Shown here in pieces: positions 1 to 9,258 of a DNA stretch of 64,000 nt. A model generated the notes under the pieces. It ran no database searches, was not told the DNA's origin, and saw nothing but the letters and a program-made list of their open reading frames with translations. The stretch comes from an uncultured bacterium (GTDB lineage: Bacteria; SAR324; NAC60-12): NCBI GenBank assembly GCA_965662235.1, contig CBFIGY010000002.1, forward strand, positions 203,311 to 267,310, in the 5' to 3' direction. Made by a program: the position numbers and the translations under genes. How positions within the stretch are numbered: position 1 is the stretch's first letter; each line of letters opens with the position of its first letter.

Positions 1-2504
1 ATCCGCACCATTCCTCCGGGAATGGCTTCTCCCAGCAGCGTGCCTTTCTTGGCCACCTGTGTGACGTCGACCTTGTACCCTTCCGGGCTGATCTGCGTCT
101 TGTCTCCTAGGCCCACAAAAGAGACGCCGGGGTTGTCAGACTCGCCGTTGCTGCGGAACAGGTTCGCAACGGACACAAAGTCGTTCTCAATCTTCTCACT
201 CAGCTTTTTGTCATCCAACGACATGATGCCCTTGTCGTTGATGCGCAGCCCAATGGAGAAGAGCATGTTGGTCGCCGGAGGCAACCCCGCCACCGTCGCA
301 ATCGTCGTGGTGGCAATCTCGTTGGTCATCTGCGTCAGGTTGCGATCACTCAACAGCGGTGCTGCTGTGTTGGTCGCCTTGTCGAACTTGGACACCTCCT
401 TTGCCGTTGCTTGGTAGGTGTTGTACGCGTCCACAAAGTCCTGAACCCGCTCACGAGCCTTATCCGTGTCGCCAATCACCGAAACGGTCACCAGCTCCTT
501 GCTCGGAGAGAGGAACTCCAGATCAAGGCCCGGAATGATGTCGTTGGCCTTGTTCTCGGAACGTCGAACCTCCAAACCGCCTCCCTGGTCAGAAGCGCCG
601 AGGCGCAGCACCAAGTCCTTTGCCTGCCTCACCGTCGAGGTGTAGGTCCGGATCTGGAAGCTGTCTCCTTCGTACAGATCCCCTGGTCCCAAAGCGACGT
701 TCAGGCCACTGTCAAAGGGAACAGCAGTTCCCGGGCGGTAGCCTTCGCCCATGTTGATGACCCCTTTGTTGCCCTGGTCATCTTCCCAGTCCACCAGCAG
801 GGCTCGGGTGATGCCAACACCCCCGCGACGTCGCACCGAGAAGGTGTACGTCTTGGCCAGGTCTTGGTCATACGATCCGGTCACGCGGATCTCTGCGGTG
901 CTGACGTTGCCTCCGTATTCCGGAAGCGCGTCTTCCACCTTGGGCCGGTTCGCATCGCGAACCTCAGGCTCAAGGTCTTCGTAGGCTTGCCACTCGGCAA
1001 CCTCGTTCACCTTGCCGGTCACGCCTCGGACCTCGTCGGGCAACCACCACCAGCTTTCCGAGGTGGGCGCCGTCAGGTCCACTTCAGCGGTGTCGCCATC
1101 CTGCAGAACGCCAGGTGGGACTTCCACAAACAGTCCGTTGCCAATGGGCAGGGACGTTGGCGTGGCCTTCGGTTCTTCGCCGTTGAACTTCAGGTCAAAC
1201 AGCTCTTCCCCGTCTTTGGCGTCATAAGCCGTCGCCGTTGCCGGATCGCGTTGATCCGCCGATTCCGACTGGTACGGGTAGCTGAGGCTCAGCTCACCGG
1301 TTTCGCCGGTTTCGGTAAACTCATAGTGCAGCACCAGCGGAGTCTTTCCTCCCACCTGACCGCTGCCTTGAATGCGGAAGAGGACCTGCTGGTCGTCTTC
1401 GCCTTCATACTGACCGGTCACCCGAATCCCGCCCTTTTCCCCCTTGAGGCCCCAGTCGCTGGGAGGGTACACCTTGGAGGCACGGTCGGTGTCACTGAGC
1501 CACCAGAGCATGTCTGAACGGGCGGCTCGGGCCTTGACCTTGAAGCTGTCGCCACTGACGATTTCTCCGTCACTGAAGCGCAGCTGAACGCCATCAACCA
1601 CTTCCACCGGAGTTCCTGGGGAGTAGTTGTACTCGTTGATCTCAATCTGCCCCTCTCGGCCCAGGTTATCGGACCAGCCGAGCACCACGCCTTCCGGAGA
1701 GGGAATCACTCCTGACTTGAGCACCCGAAAGGTCAGGTCCAAGTCCTCTTCACCGGTGTAGTTTCCGGTCGAATCAATGATGGGAGTCGAAGCTCCCGCG
1801 CCGCCCCGTTCGATGACTTTCGGAGGAGCGACCTCCAAGCCCGTCCAGTCCGCCGTTTCGTCGTGGCGGTTCCGGAAGTCGGGCGAGTTGTCCGCGCCTT
1901 GAAGGTTGACGGTCATGTTGATCCGCCCCTCTTCCCCAGTCCGTTTGCTGGTCAGCAGCAGCCGGTAGGGTTGATCTCCGTGGGTCTTGGCAATGAACGC
2001 CTCCACCTCGGCTTCTGATTCGTTGATGGTCCGGCGCAGGCCCTCCAACGTGTTGTTGTCACCGTCAATGGTCAGCGTCACGGGAGAGTCCTCCTCGTTG
2101 TTACCCACCTTGATGCTCACGGTGCCCGTGCCAATGCGTTCGTCTTCCGAGTCAAACCCCTGAGACGCAATCTGGTGCGACAGGGCAACGGAATCGACCG
2201 CGATGACGGTCTTGCCAGGCTTTGCATCCCGGCGGGCGCGGGCCACCACCACTTCTGGGTGACTGGACTCGACGCTACGAGCCTCCCAGATTTCGGTACT
2301 GTCCAGCGAGGTGACGACATCCTGCAGCTTGTCGAGCTCCGCTTTGACGATGCTCCAGGACTCTATCTCCTTGAGCTTCTCCTCCTTGCGTTGCTGGATG
2401 GGCTCAAGTTTCCGTTTTTCAATTTTGACGAAGCGGTCAACGATCTCCTGGGTGTTCATCTTGGAACCCAGGCCGGTTACCGCATTCGGATTCATTTCCG
2501 CCAA
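1..2504 (-). CDS. fliD: Flagellar filament cap protein FliD, unusually long, 3' end beyond the left edge
   Basis: Absent from the ORF track because no stop lies in the window. Manual translation from TTG 2504 (or ATG 2495) gives MAEMNPNAVTGLGSKMNTQEIVDRFVKIEKRKLEPIQQRK (FliD N-terminal pattern) and later ERVQDFVDAYN...PLLSDRNL...LFSIGLRINDKGIMSLDDKKL (FliD C-terminal pattern). These segments share one frame down to position 1. Directly downstream of fliC. Confidence 0.9.
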   Translation of the reverse strand, partial: MAEMNPNAVTGLGSKMNTQEIVDRFVKIEKRKLEPIQQRKEEKLKEIESWSIVKAELDKLQDVVTSLDSTEIWEARSVESSHPEVVVARARRDAKPGKTVIAVDSVALSHQIASQGFDSEDERIGTGTVSIKVGNNEEDSPVTLTIDGDNNTLEGLRRTINESEAEVEAFIAKTHGDQPYRLLLTSKRTGEEGRINMTVNLQGADNSPDFRNRHDETADWTGLEVAPPKVIERGGAGASTPIIDSTGNYTGEEDLDLTFRVLKSGVIPSPEGVVLGWSDNLGREGQIEINEYNYSPGTPVEVVDGVQLRFSDGEIVSGDSFKVKARAARSDMLWWLSDTDRASKVYPPSDWGLKGEKGGIRVTGQYEGEDDQQVLFRIQGSGQVGGKTPLVLHYEFTETGETGELSLSYPYQSESADQRDPATATAYDAKDGEELFDLKFNGEEPKATPTSLPIGNGLFVEVPPGVLQDGDTAEVDLTAPTSESWWWLPDEVRGVTGKVNEVAEWQAYEDLEPEVRDANRPKVEDALPEYGGNVSTAEIRVTGSYDQDLAKTYTFSVRRRGGVGITRALLVDWEDDQGNKGVINMGEGYRPGTAVPFDSGLNVALGPGDLYEGDSFQIRTYTSTVRQAKDLVLRLGASDQGGGLEVRRSENKANDIIPGLDLEFLSPSKELVTVSVIGDTDKARERVQDFVDAYNTYQATAKEVSKFDKATNTAAPLLSDRNLTQMTNEIATTTIATVAGLPPATNMLFSIGLRINDKGIMSLDDKKLSEKIENDFVSVANLFRSNGESDNPGVSFVGLGDKTQISPEGYKVDVTQVAKKGTLLGEAIPGGMVR

Positions 2505-2660
2505 GGCAGATTTCGCTTCTCAGACGTGCAAGTTTGCCGCTACCTAGGAAGAAATTTCCTCAGGAGCTTAAACGCAAACCTCTGAAATAATTGACCATCC
2601 TCAAAACCGCCCAAAAGACGGAGAGGGGGCACTCAGAGGCTTCAAGAAGCGTTCCAGCGC

Positions 2661-4418
2661 TTAGTTGCCCACGTTCAGCAGTTGCAGGACGGAGCGAGGC
2701 ACCTGGTTGGCCTGGGCCAGCATGGCGGTGCCTGAGGAGAGCAGGATCTGGTTCTTGACCAGGTGGCTCATCTCTTCAGCCATGTCGGTGTCAGCCAGCT
2801 GCGACTCGGAGGACGTCAGGTTCTCGCGAGCCACCCGAAGGTTGTTGAGGTTGGTTTCCAGAGAGTTCTTCTGGAAGGACCCCAGCCGACCGCGCAGCGA
2901 GGAAACGTCTCCAATGGCCGAGTCGACGACCAAGAGGGCATCCTGTGCCAGGTCAGCGCCTCGGACGTCAATGTCTGCCAGGCTGCGGAAGCCACTTCCG
3001 TTTTCCACGTTGGTGGCCAAAAACTCCGGATTGATGCTCCGGACCGAAATCTTTCCCTGCTGGCCGTAGTTCGGGCCAATTTGGAAGTTCAGGGAGTTCT
3101 GAGTGACGTGGACGTAGCCGTCAACGGGTTCTCCGACAAGGAGGTCGTTTCCGTTTTCCTGCTTGAAGAGTCCGGCCACGCGGTTGTCAATGCGGTTGAA
3201 GACTTCGTAGATGACATCGTCCGTCGTGTTCGAGTACCGGACCATGACGCCTTCTGCCGGAGTGCCGGGGGCGCCGGTGAGGTACTGTCCCTCTCCAAGA
3301 GCTGGCTCGCCGATGCCCGTTTCCGGGTTGCCTCCGATTGAGCCTTCCACGTCCCGTCCGGGAATGGAGAAGATCGCTTCGTTGGCAGGCGTGTCTTCTT
3401 CAAAGAAGTAGTCTAGGGTCGTGGAGACCGTGAAGTTGGGCGCACTGCCGAAGTCTCGGTGGCGGATGACGATCACTTCCTCATCCCCAACCAGGTCCTT
3501 GATCTCACCCGGATAGTCCGCCAGCTTCCGCAGGGCATCATCCAGCGTGTTGAAATCAGAGATGTACTGTCCCAACTGTTCGGAGGGGCGGTACACCATC
3601 ACTTCGACGTTCATACCGGCATCATCCACCTGACGCTGCATCTCGCTGGCAATGAGCTGCTGCACAGCACGCTCAGCGCGGTAGATGGAGTCTGGGGATC
3701 CATCTCGCAGAGCCGCACTGGCCAGCTTTTCGATCTGGCTGTTCAGCTCCTTGTTCTTGTTGAGGTCAATGCCAACGGTCCGCTTTCCTTCATTGATGAC
3801 GAAGGACACCACCTTGTTGGGGTCTGAGGAGACCACATCTTCTAGGTGCAGGGAACGGGTAGCGACCAGGAAGGAGCGGGTGGCCACTTGTGTGATGTCC
3901 ACCTTGTAACCTTCTGCCGGAGACGACTTGCTGGCCTCGGTGGCGCTGATGAAGTCGAGCCCGTTTCCGACCGCAACTCCGGTAGCAGCATTGCTGCCGT
4001 CCAGAAGCGTCTGGGTGCCGAACTGCGTGTTCTTGGCAATGTTCCGGATGGTCGAGAGCAGGTTCTCAATCTCAATCTGGTCGGCCTCCAGCATCTTCTC
4101 ATCGTTGGCTCCTTCGTTTGCCGCATGAACAGCGAGCTGACGGAGGTTGATGAGGATGTTGCTGACCTCGCTGAGGGCGCTTTCCGTGGTCTGGATCATG
4201 GAGATGGAGGTCTCCGAGTTCTGGACCGCTTGCCCCAGGGATTCGATCTGCGACTTCATCTGTTCAGAGATCACCAGAGACGCCGGTCCGTCAGAGGCTC
4301 GATTCAAGCGTCGTCCAGAGGAGAGCCGCTCCAGATTGCCCGTCAGTTCGCGCTCGGTGCGGTTCAGTTGCCGCAGAGCGTTGAGGGCTGCTATGTTGGA
4401 GTTGACCCGAAGTGCCAT
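2661..4418 (-). CDS. fliC: Flagellin (585 aa)
   Basis: Conserved termini MALRVNSNIAALNA...ERLSSGRRLNRASDG and ENLTSSESQLADTDMAEEM...MLAQANQVPRSVLQLL. Confidence 0.97.
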   Translation of the reverse strand: MALRVNSNIAALNALRQLNRTERELTGNLERLSSGRRLNRASDGPASLVISEQMKSQIESLGQAVQNSETSISMIQTTESALSEVSNILINLRQLAVHAANEGANDEKMLEADQIEIENLLSTIRNIAKNTQFGTQTLLDGSNAATGVAVGNGLDFISATEASKSSPAEGYKVDITQVATRSFLVATRSLHLEDVVSSDPNKVVSFVINEGKRTVGIDLNKNKELNSQIEKLASAALRDGSPDSIYRAERAVQQLIASEMQRQVDDAGMNVEVMVYRPSEQLGQYISDFNTLDDALRKLADYPGEIKDLVGDEEVIVIRHRDFGSAPNFTVSTTLDYFFEEDTPANEAIFSIPGRDVEGSIGGNPETGIGEPALGEGQYLTGAPGTPAEGVMVRYSNTTDDVIYEVFNRIDNRVAGLFKQENGNDLLVGEPVDGYVHVTQNSLNFQIGPNYGQQGKISVRSINPEFLATNVENGSGFRSLADIDVRGADLAQDALLVVDSAIGDVSSLRGRLGSFQKNSLETNLNNLRVARENLTSSESQLADTDMAEEMSHLVKNQILLSSGTAMLAQANQVPRSVLQLLNVGN

Positions 4419-4458
4419 TGGTGGTTCCGAGAGTTGAAGTTAACTGTTCCTGAATGCC

Positions 4459-4485
4459 TTATCGGCAACGGGGCAGAATTCTTTA
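4459..4485 (-). promoter_or_regulatory. Sigma-28 (FliA) promoter of fliC
   Basis: Minus strand reads TAAA-N15-GCCGATAA, the exact sigma-28 consensus, about 40 nt upstream of the fliC ATG. Confidence 0.92.
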
Positions 4486-4591
4486 GCAACAAGATGATTT
4501 TTTTTCATCTGGCCGCTGGAGCCTTCTGCTGCACCGCGACTTGTGTTCCTTATCGGATGCTCCGCCCAAGACTTTAACAAAAAAATGCATC

Positions 4592-5650
4592 ATGCCTCCT
4601 GAACCCCTCTCTGACTTTCAGCAGCAGCTCCTTTCCTGGTTCGCGGAGCACCAGCGCGACCTCCCGTGGCGGCAGGGATACGACCCCTATGGCGTCTGGG
4701 TGTCGGAGGTGATGCTGCAGCAAACGCAGGTCAAGACGGTGCTGCCGTATTATCAACGGTGGATGGCACGGCTTCCGCGGCTGCAGGACCTAGCCACGAT
4801 TCCCGAATCGGAACTGATGGGGCTTTGGGAAGGACTGGGGTACTACTCGCGGGTCCGGAACCTCCAGAAGGCGGCACAGGTCGTCTGTGAACAGCACCAG
4901 GGACAGGTCCCAGATACGGTGGAGGCGCTCCTGAAGCTGCCTGGAGTGGGACGCTACACCGCCGGAGCGATTGCGAGCATTGCCTATAACAAGGATGCGC
5001 CGCTGGTGGATGGAAATGTCATTCGGGTATTCTGCCGTTTGGAGGCGTGGGAGGCCCCCGTCAACGATCGGGTGCAGCAGGAGCAGATCTGGAGCCGGGC
5101 GGAGGCGACCCTTCCGTCTGGACGGGCCCGGGAATTCAACCAGGCTCTAATGGAGTTGGGAGCACTGGTGTGTACGCCCCAAAACCCGAGCTGCCTCCTC
5201 TGTCCGGTGCAGGCGCACTGTGCCGCCCACCAGCAGGGACGCGTCCATGAGCTGCCCCGTCCCAAGCCCCGTCAGGCTCCCACAGAGGTCGAAAAGGCGG
5301 TGGCGCTGGTGCAAACGGAGCAGGGCCTGCTGGTCCGGTTCCGGGCAGAGGCGAAGCTCATGCAGGGCCTGTGGGAGGTTCCAACCGTGGAGGTGCCTGC
5401 GGAGGAAGACGGCCCCACAGTGCTGGAGCATTGGCTGAGGCAGGAGTTGGGCGGCACGTGGACTGTAGGGCCAGAGGAGCAGCGCTTGACGCATCGCTAC
5501 ACGCGCTTCAAGGCGACCCTGCACTGCTACCGTGTGGAACCCGGAGCCGCAGTTCCCCTTCCGGAACACTGGGCCTGGCTGACAGCAGAGACCGCAGACG
5601 CCTTTGCCCTGCCAACGGTTTTCCGGAAGCTCGTTTCTACGCTTTTCTGA
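4592..5650 (+). CDS. mutY: A/G-specific adenine glycosylase
   Basis: RDLPWR, WVSEVMLQQT, WEGLGYYSR, HhH motif LPGVGRYTAGA, FCL motif CTPQNPSCLLCPVQAHC, C-terminal NUDIX-like domain. Start set at ATG 4592. Confidence 0.96.
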   Translation: MPPEPLSDFQQQLLSWFAEHQRDLPWRQGYDPYGVWVSEVMLQQTQVKTVLPYYQRWMARLPRLQDLATIPESELMGLWEGLGYYSRVRNLQKAAQVVCEQHQGQVPDTVEALLKLPGVGRYTAGAIASIAYNKDAPLVDGNVIRVFCRLEAWEAPVNDRVQQEQIWSRAEATLPSGRAREFNQALMELGALVCTPQNPSCLLCPVQAHCAAHQQGRVHELPRPKPRQAPTEVEKAVALVQTEQGLLVRFRAEAKLMQGLWEVPTVEVPAEEDGPTVLEHWLRQELGGTWTVGPEEQRLTHRYTRFKATLHCYRVEPGAAVPLPEHWAWLTAETADAFALPTVFRKLVSTLF

Positions 5651-5741
5651 CGTTTTTTCTTGCTTTTCCCCAGCGTCCATGGATTCATGAAGGACCGCCA
5701 TCCCGGCGGGGATCCTTCAAAACACCAGTAAGGAGTGGCTA

Positions 5742-6026
5742 ATGAAGAAACTCGCTTGTGTATTCGTAGGGGGACTGATGCTTGCCGGAACCGCTTGGGC
5801 CGGCTGCTCGGGACACTCAAACCTGACCATGGCCAAGATGTCCAAGGGGCAGGATGTGATTGTGGTTGTGGAAGTCAACGGCATGCAGTTGGAAGAAGTC
5901 CGAGGCACCTCGGAGACGCCGATCTACAACGTCAAGAGCACCATGGGACAGGTCGTGGCAAAGGAGATCACCAAAGATCAACTCTCCACCCAGTTCCCAG
6001 AACTCCACAAGGCCCTCGCCGGCTAA
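5742..6026 (+). CDS. Small secreted hypothetical protein (94 aa)
   Basis: AGGAG RBS; signal peptide MKKLACVFVGGLMLAGTAWA; followed by a hairpin. Confidence 0.75.
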   Translation: MKKLACVFVGGLMLAGTAWAGCSGHSNLTMAKMSKGQDVIVVVEVNGMQLEEVRGTSETPIYNVKSTMGQVVAKEITKDQLSTQFPELHKALAG

Positions 6027-6033
6027 GACCCGA

Positions 6034-6054
6034 AGCGCCCGGATCCCGGGCGCT
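6034..6054. terminator. Hairpin between convergent genes, probable terminator
   Basis: AGCGCCCGG-ATC-CCGGGCGCT, a perfect 9-bp stem. Confidence 0.6.
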
Positions 6055-6077
6055 CTCGACCCCACCTTGCTTCTTCC

Positions 6078-6311
6078 TTAAACGAATTCCCCATCCAACT
6101 CCGCTTCCCAGTCGGAGTCTTCTAGGTTCAGAACGCCGCCGCCCAGATTGACACGCCGTCGTGTGTCTTCCGAGTTGGTCGGGTTCAGTCGCGTGATGGT
6201 TCCTCCTCGCTGAAGGAACTCAGCCACGGCTTCGTCAAGTTCATTGCGGGTGATTTCGGGCTCGCGTTGCTGGACACGAGCAAACTGAGGACTGGTTGGT
6301 AGTGGTTTCAC
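6078..6311 (-). CDS. Small protein with a SutA-like RNAP-binding motif
   Basis: ELDEAVAEFLQRGGTITRLNP resembles the Pseudomonas SutA core as I recall it. GTG 6311 chosen as start because the promoter at 6341-6369 puts the track's TTG 6338 upstream of the likely transcription start. Confidence 0.6.
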   Translation of the reverse strand: MKPLPTSPQFARVQQREPEITRNELDEAVAEFLQRGGTITRLNPTNSEDTRRRVNLGGGVLNLEDSDWEAELDGEFV

Positions 6312-6340
6312 AAGAAGGCCTTGATTGAGGAAAACCAAAA

Positions 6341-6369
6341 ATTATCAAACGAATTTACAGTTCTGTCAA
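6341..6369 (-). promoter_or_regulatory. Sigma-70-type promoter of the SutA-like gene
   Basis: Minus strand TTGACA-N17-GATAAT in an AT-rich gap. Confidence 0.6.
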
Positions 6370-6396
6370 TAAAAAAATCAAGGCCTCGAATCGTCT

Positions 6397-7452
6397 TCAG
6401 TTCCGGTCCAGCGGATGCCGGAAGTGCGCTGGCGGAAACTCCTCCAGTCCAGAAATGTTGGGGTACTCCTTTTCCACCCACTCCAGGGGATAGCCGTGCT
6501 TGAGACGTCCGACCTCTTCCAGGCGTTCCCAGTGCTCCGGAGGCAGGTTCCACTCTGCCACCGCTAGGGAATCCTGAACGTGTTCCACGGTCCGGGGGCC
6601 AATGATCACGGAGCTGATCCGTTTGTCTCCAAAGAGCCAAGCCAGCGCCACCTGTCCGGGTGTCTTGCCCACCACCCCAGCAATTTCCTTGAGCGCCTCC
6701 ACTAGGTCGAAGGCCTGATCGCTGTAGTAACGGGGAATGTCCACATTCTTCCGAAAGGAGATGCGGGACCCCTCTGGAGGCTCCGCGTTCCGTTCGTACT
6801 TGCCACTCAGGAAGCCACTGGCCAGCGGGCTCCAGCAGAGCATGCCCAACCCCTGATCCGCACAGGCCGGAAGGATCTCGCGCTCAATGTCACGGCGAAC
6901 GAGGTTGTAAAGGTGCTGGGCGCTGATGAGCCGCTGCCAGCCGTAACGTTCCGCAAGGGCGTTGGCCTTGACGATCTGCCACCCGTAGTAATTGCTGCAC
7001 CCGATGTAACGAACCTTCCCGTCACGGACTAGGTCATCAAGCGCCCGCATGGTTTCCTCCATGGGGGTAAACCAATCGGGGCCATGAATCTGATACAGGT
7101 CAATGTAATCCGTCCCCAGGCGCTTCAGGCTCGCTTCCAGGGCCTCCACAAGGTGCTTGCGGGAAACCCCCTTGGCGTTGGCTCCGGGGCCCATCCGAAA
7201 CCAGCCCTTGGTGGCCACCACCAGGTCGTCCCGCCGGTGATGCGCTAGGGCCTTGCCCAGCATGGTTTCCGACATGCCGGCGCTGTACATGTCCGCGGTA
7301 TCCAGAAAGTTCCCGCCCTGCTCCACAAACCTGTCCACAATCTGACTGGCAGCGGCTTGGTCGCACCCCCAGTTCTTCATTCCAAAGGTCATGGTGCCCA
7401 AGCAAATGCGCGAAACAAGGAGTCCTGAGCGTCCTAAGTACCGGTAGTGCAT
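6397..7452 (-). CDS. Aldo/keto reductase
   Basis: LGRSGLLVSRICLGTMTFG, DTADMYS, SLKRLGTDYIDLYQIH, GKVRYIGCSN, WSPLASG. Confidence 0.93.
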   Translation of the reverse strand: MHYRYLGRSGLLVSRICLGTMTFGMKNWGCDQAAASQIVDRFVEQGGNFLDTADMYSAGMSETMLGKALAHHRRDDLVVATKGWFRMGPGANAKGVSRKHLVEALEASLKRLGTDYIDLYQIHGPDWFTPMEETMRALDDLVRDGKVRYIGCSNYYGWQIVKANALAERYGWQRLISAQHLYNLVRRDIEREILPACADQGLGMLCWSPLASGFLSGKYERNAEPPEGSRISFRKNVDIPRYYSDQAFDLVEALKEIAGVVGKTPGQVALAWLFGDKRISSVIIGPRTVEHVQDSLAVAEWNLPPEHWERLEEVGRLKHGYPLEWVEKEYPNISGLEEFPPAHFRHPLDRN

Positions 7453-7677
7453 GATGCGGCCTGTCTTCCAACGTTATCGAGTTCAGCAAAGGTGTGCTGC
7501 AGTGAGATGAACGCAGGATGCCGAAGACCGGGACAGAGGTCAATCTTTCATTTTCTGGCTGCAATTTCAGAGAAAATACCTTTAATTGGAATTTTTCTCC
7601 AGCGGACCCTTGATCTTTTCCTGAAAAACCGACACTTTTTGTCAAAATTGAAACTTCCTCTGGCCACTGAGGTGCCT

Positions 7678-9222
7678 ATGTTTCCCCCTCTTTCTGCTGA
7701 CCGCTTCTCCGACGAACCCAAGGCGTCCGGAGACTTTGTGGGCTCCGAGATCGCTCGGTTGGGCAAGAAGCGTCCTTCCCTGAAGACGCTCTTCTCATTG
7801 ATTGAGTTCTCCGGGACGCCTGTGATGGTCACCCGCCTGCACGATGGTCAGGTGCTCTATGCCAACGAAGCGATGGGGGAGTTGGCTCAGACAACGTCTG
7901 CAGAACTGGTGGGGCAGCTGGCGCCCAACCTCTATCAGCGGGCTGAAGACCGCCAGCAACTGCTTGAGAAGCTTCAGGCGGAGGGCCGGTTTCGCAACTA
8001 CCGGATTGACGTGCGGGGGCTTCAGGGGCGCGAGTTTACCGTCCTCTGCAACGCCGAGCGGATTGACCTCTTTGGCGAGGAGGCCATTCTCAACACCTAC
8101 GTTGACATCAGCGAAGTCCAGCGTGAGCTGTTCCGTCAGCAGCAGTTTCACCTGCTGGCAGCGTCGTTCCTCGGAATCGGCTATGGCGTCTACGACGTCC
8201 AGAGTGGCCAGATGACCATTGATGAGAGCGTCCGGGAGATGCTGGAGTTGGGGGCTGAAGAGGTTTTTTCGGTGGAGCACTTCCTGGAGCGGATGCCTGA
8301 GGCCAACCGGGAGTTTGCTTCCCGACGCATTGAGCAGACCCTGGAACGGCTGATGTCCGGAAAGTTTACCCGAGAGGAGTACCTGCTTCACCTTCCCAGT
8401 GGCACGCAGCGCATCATCCGCATCAGCTCCCTGCCCGTTGAGGACACTGAGCCTTGGATTGTCCACTTCTTCCAAGACATCACGGACCGTGAGTTCACAC
8501 GCCGCAAGGCCCGTCAGAAGGACCGCCTCGCCTCGCTGGGGCAGTTCACGGCAGAGATTGTTCACGACCTGCGCTCTCCGCTGGCCACCCTTTCGCTGAA
8601 CACGGAGGCTCTGTATCGGCTGGCCAGGCAGGCTTCTCCCACCAAGGCCCAGTGGCTCTATGAGAACTCACAGCAGTCGGTGCAGCGCGCGGCCAAGCTG
8701 CTGAACCGCACCCTTGAGCAGACCCGACAGGGGGAAAACATGGCCTCGGTGAAACTGAGTGCCGAAGTGGATCGGGTGCTGGAATTCCTCCAGACCTTCT
8801 TGATGAAGCGGCGCATCCCGATTCAACGGCACCTGGAGAACATTACAGAGGCCGAAGAGCCCGAACTGCAGGTCAATCCCGTTTTGCTGCAGCAGTGCCT
8901 GCAGAACCTGATCACCAACGCGGTTCAGGCAACCATTCCGGTGATCAACTCCGGCACCGCCCCAGAGAAGGCGCCCATTGATCTGGTGCTGACGCTCAAA
9001 AAGGGCTTCATGAAGCTGGAGGTGCTGGACTGCGGCGTTGGCATTGAGGAACAGGACCTGCCGCACATCTTTGATGAGTTCTACACCACACGCTCAGACG
9101 GCAACGGCATCGGGCTGCCCCTCTCCCGGAGGATCGCAGAGGAGCACGGAGGTTACCTGGAAGCCCTCAACCGGGCAGATCGCACGGGCGCCCGCCTGGT
9201 CCTCCAACTTCCTATCGACTGA
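7678..9222 (+). CDS. Cytoplasmic PAS-domain sensor histidine kinase
   Basis: Two PAS-like segments, H-box IVHDLRSPL, N-box NLITNAVQA, D/F/G boxes DCGVGI, IFDEFYTT, GNGIGL. No TM helix. RBS GAGGTG before ATG 7678. Confidence 0.9.
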   Translation: MFPPLSADRFSDEPKASGDFVGSEIARLGKKRPSLKTLFSLIEFSGTPVMVTRLHDGQVLYANEAMGELAQTTSAELVGQLAPNLYQRAEDRQQLLEKLQAEGRFRNYRIDVRGLQGREFTVLCNAERIDLFGEEAILNTYVDISEVQRELFRQQQFHLLAASFLGIGYGVYDVQSGQMTIDESVREMLELGAEEVFSVEHFLERMPEANREFASRRIEQTLERLMSGKFTREEYLLHLPSGTQRIIRISSLPVEDTEPWIVHFFQDITDREFTRRKARQKDRLASLGQFTAEIVHDLRSPLATLSLNTEALYRLARQASPTKAQWLYENSQQSVQRAAKLLNRTLEQTRQGENMASVKLSAEVDRVLEFLQTFLMKRRIPIQRHLENITEAEEPELQVNPVLLQQCLQNLITNAVQATIPVINSGTAPEKAPIDLVLTLKKGFMKLEVLDCGVGIEEQDLPHIFDEFYTTRSDGNGIGLPLSRRIAEEHGGYLEALNRADRTGARLVLQLPID

Positions 9223-9258
9223 AGCCACGTGTCCGGACGCTGTGGTCCGGACGTCAGC

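Noticed and set aside
411..1517. 368-aa plus-strand ORF, plus the small ORFs at 22-417 and 2175-2585
   Set aside because: They are antisense shadows of fliD and carry no recognisable motifs.
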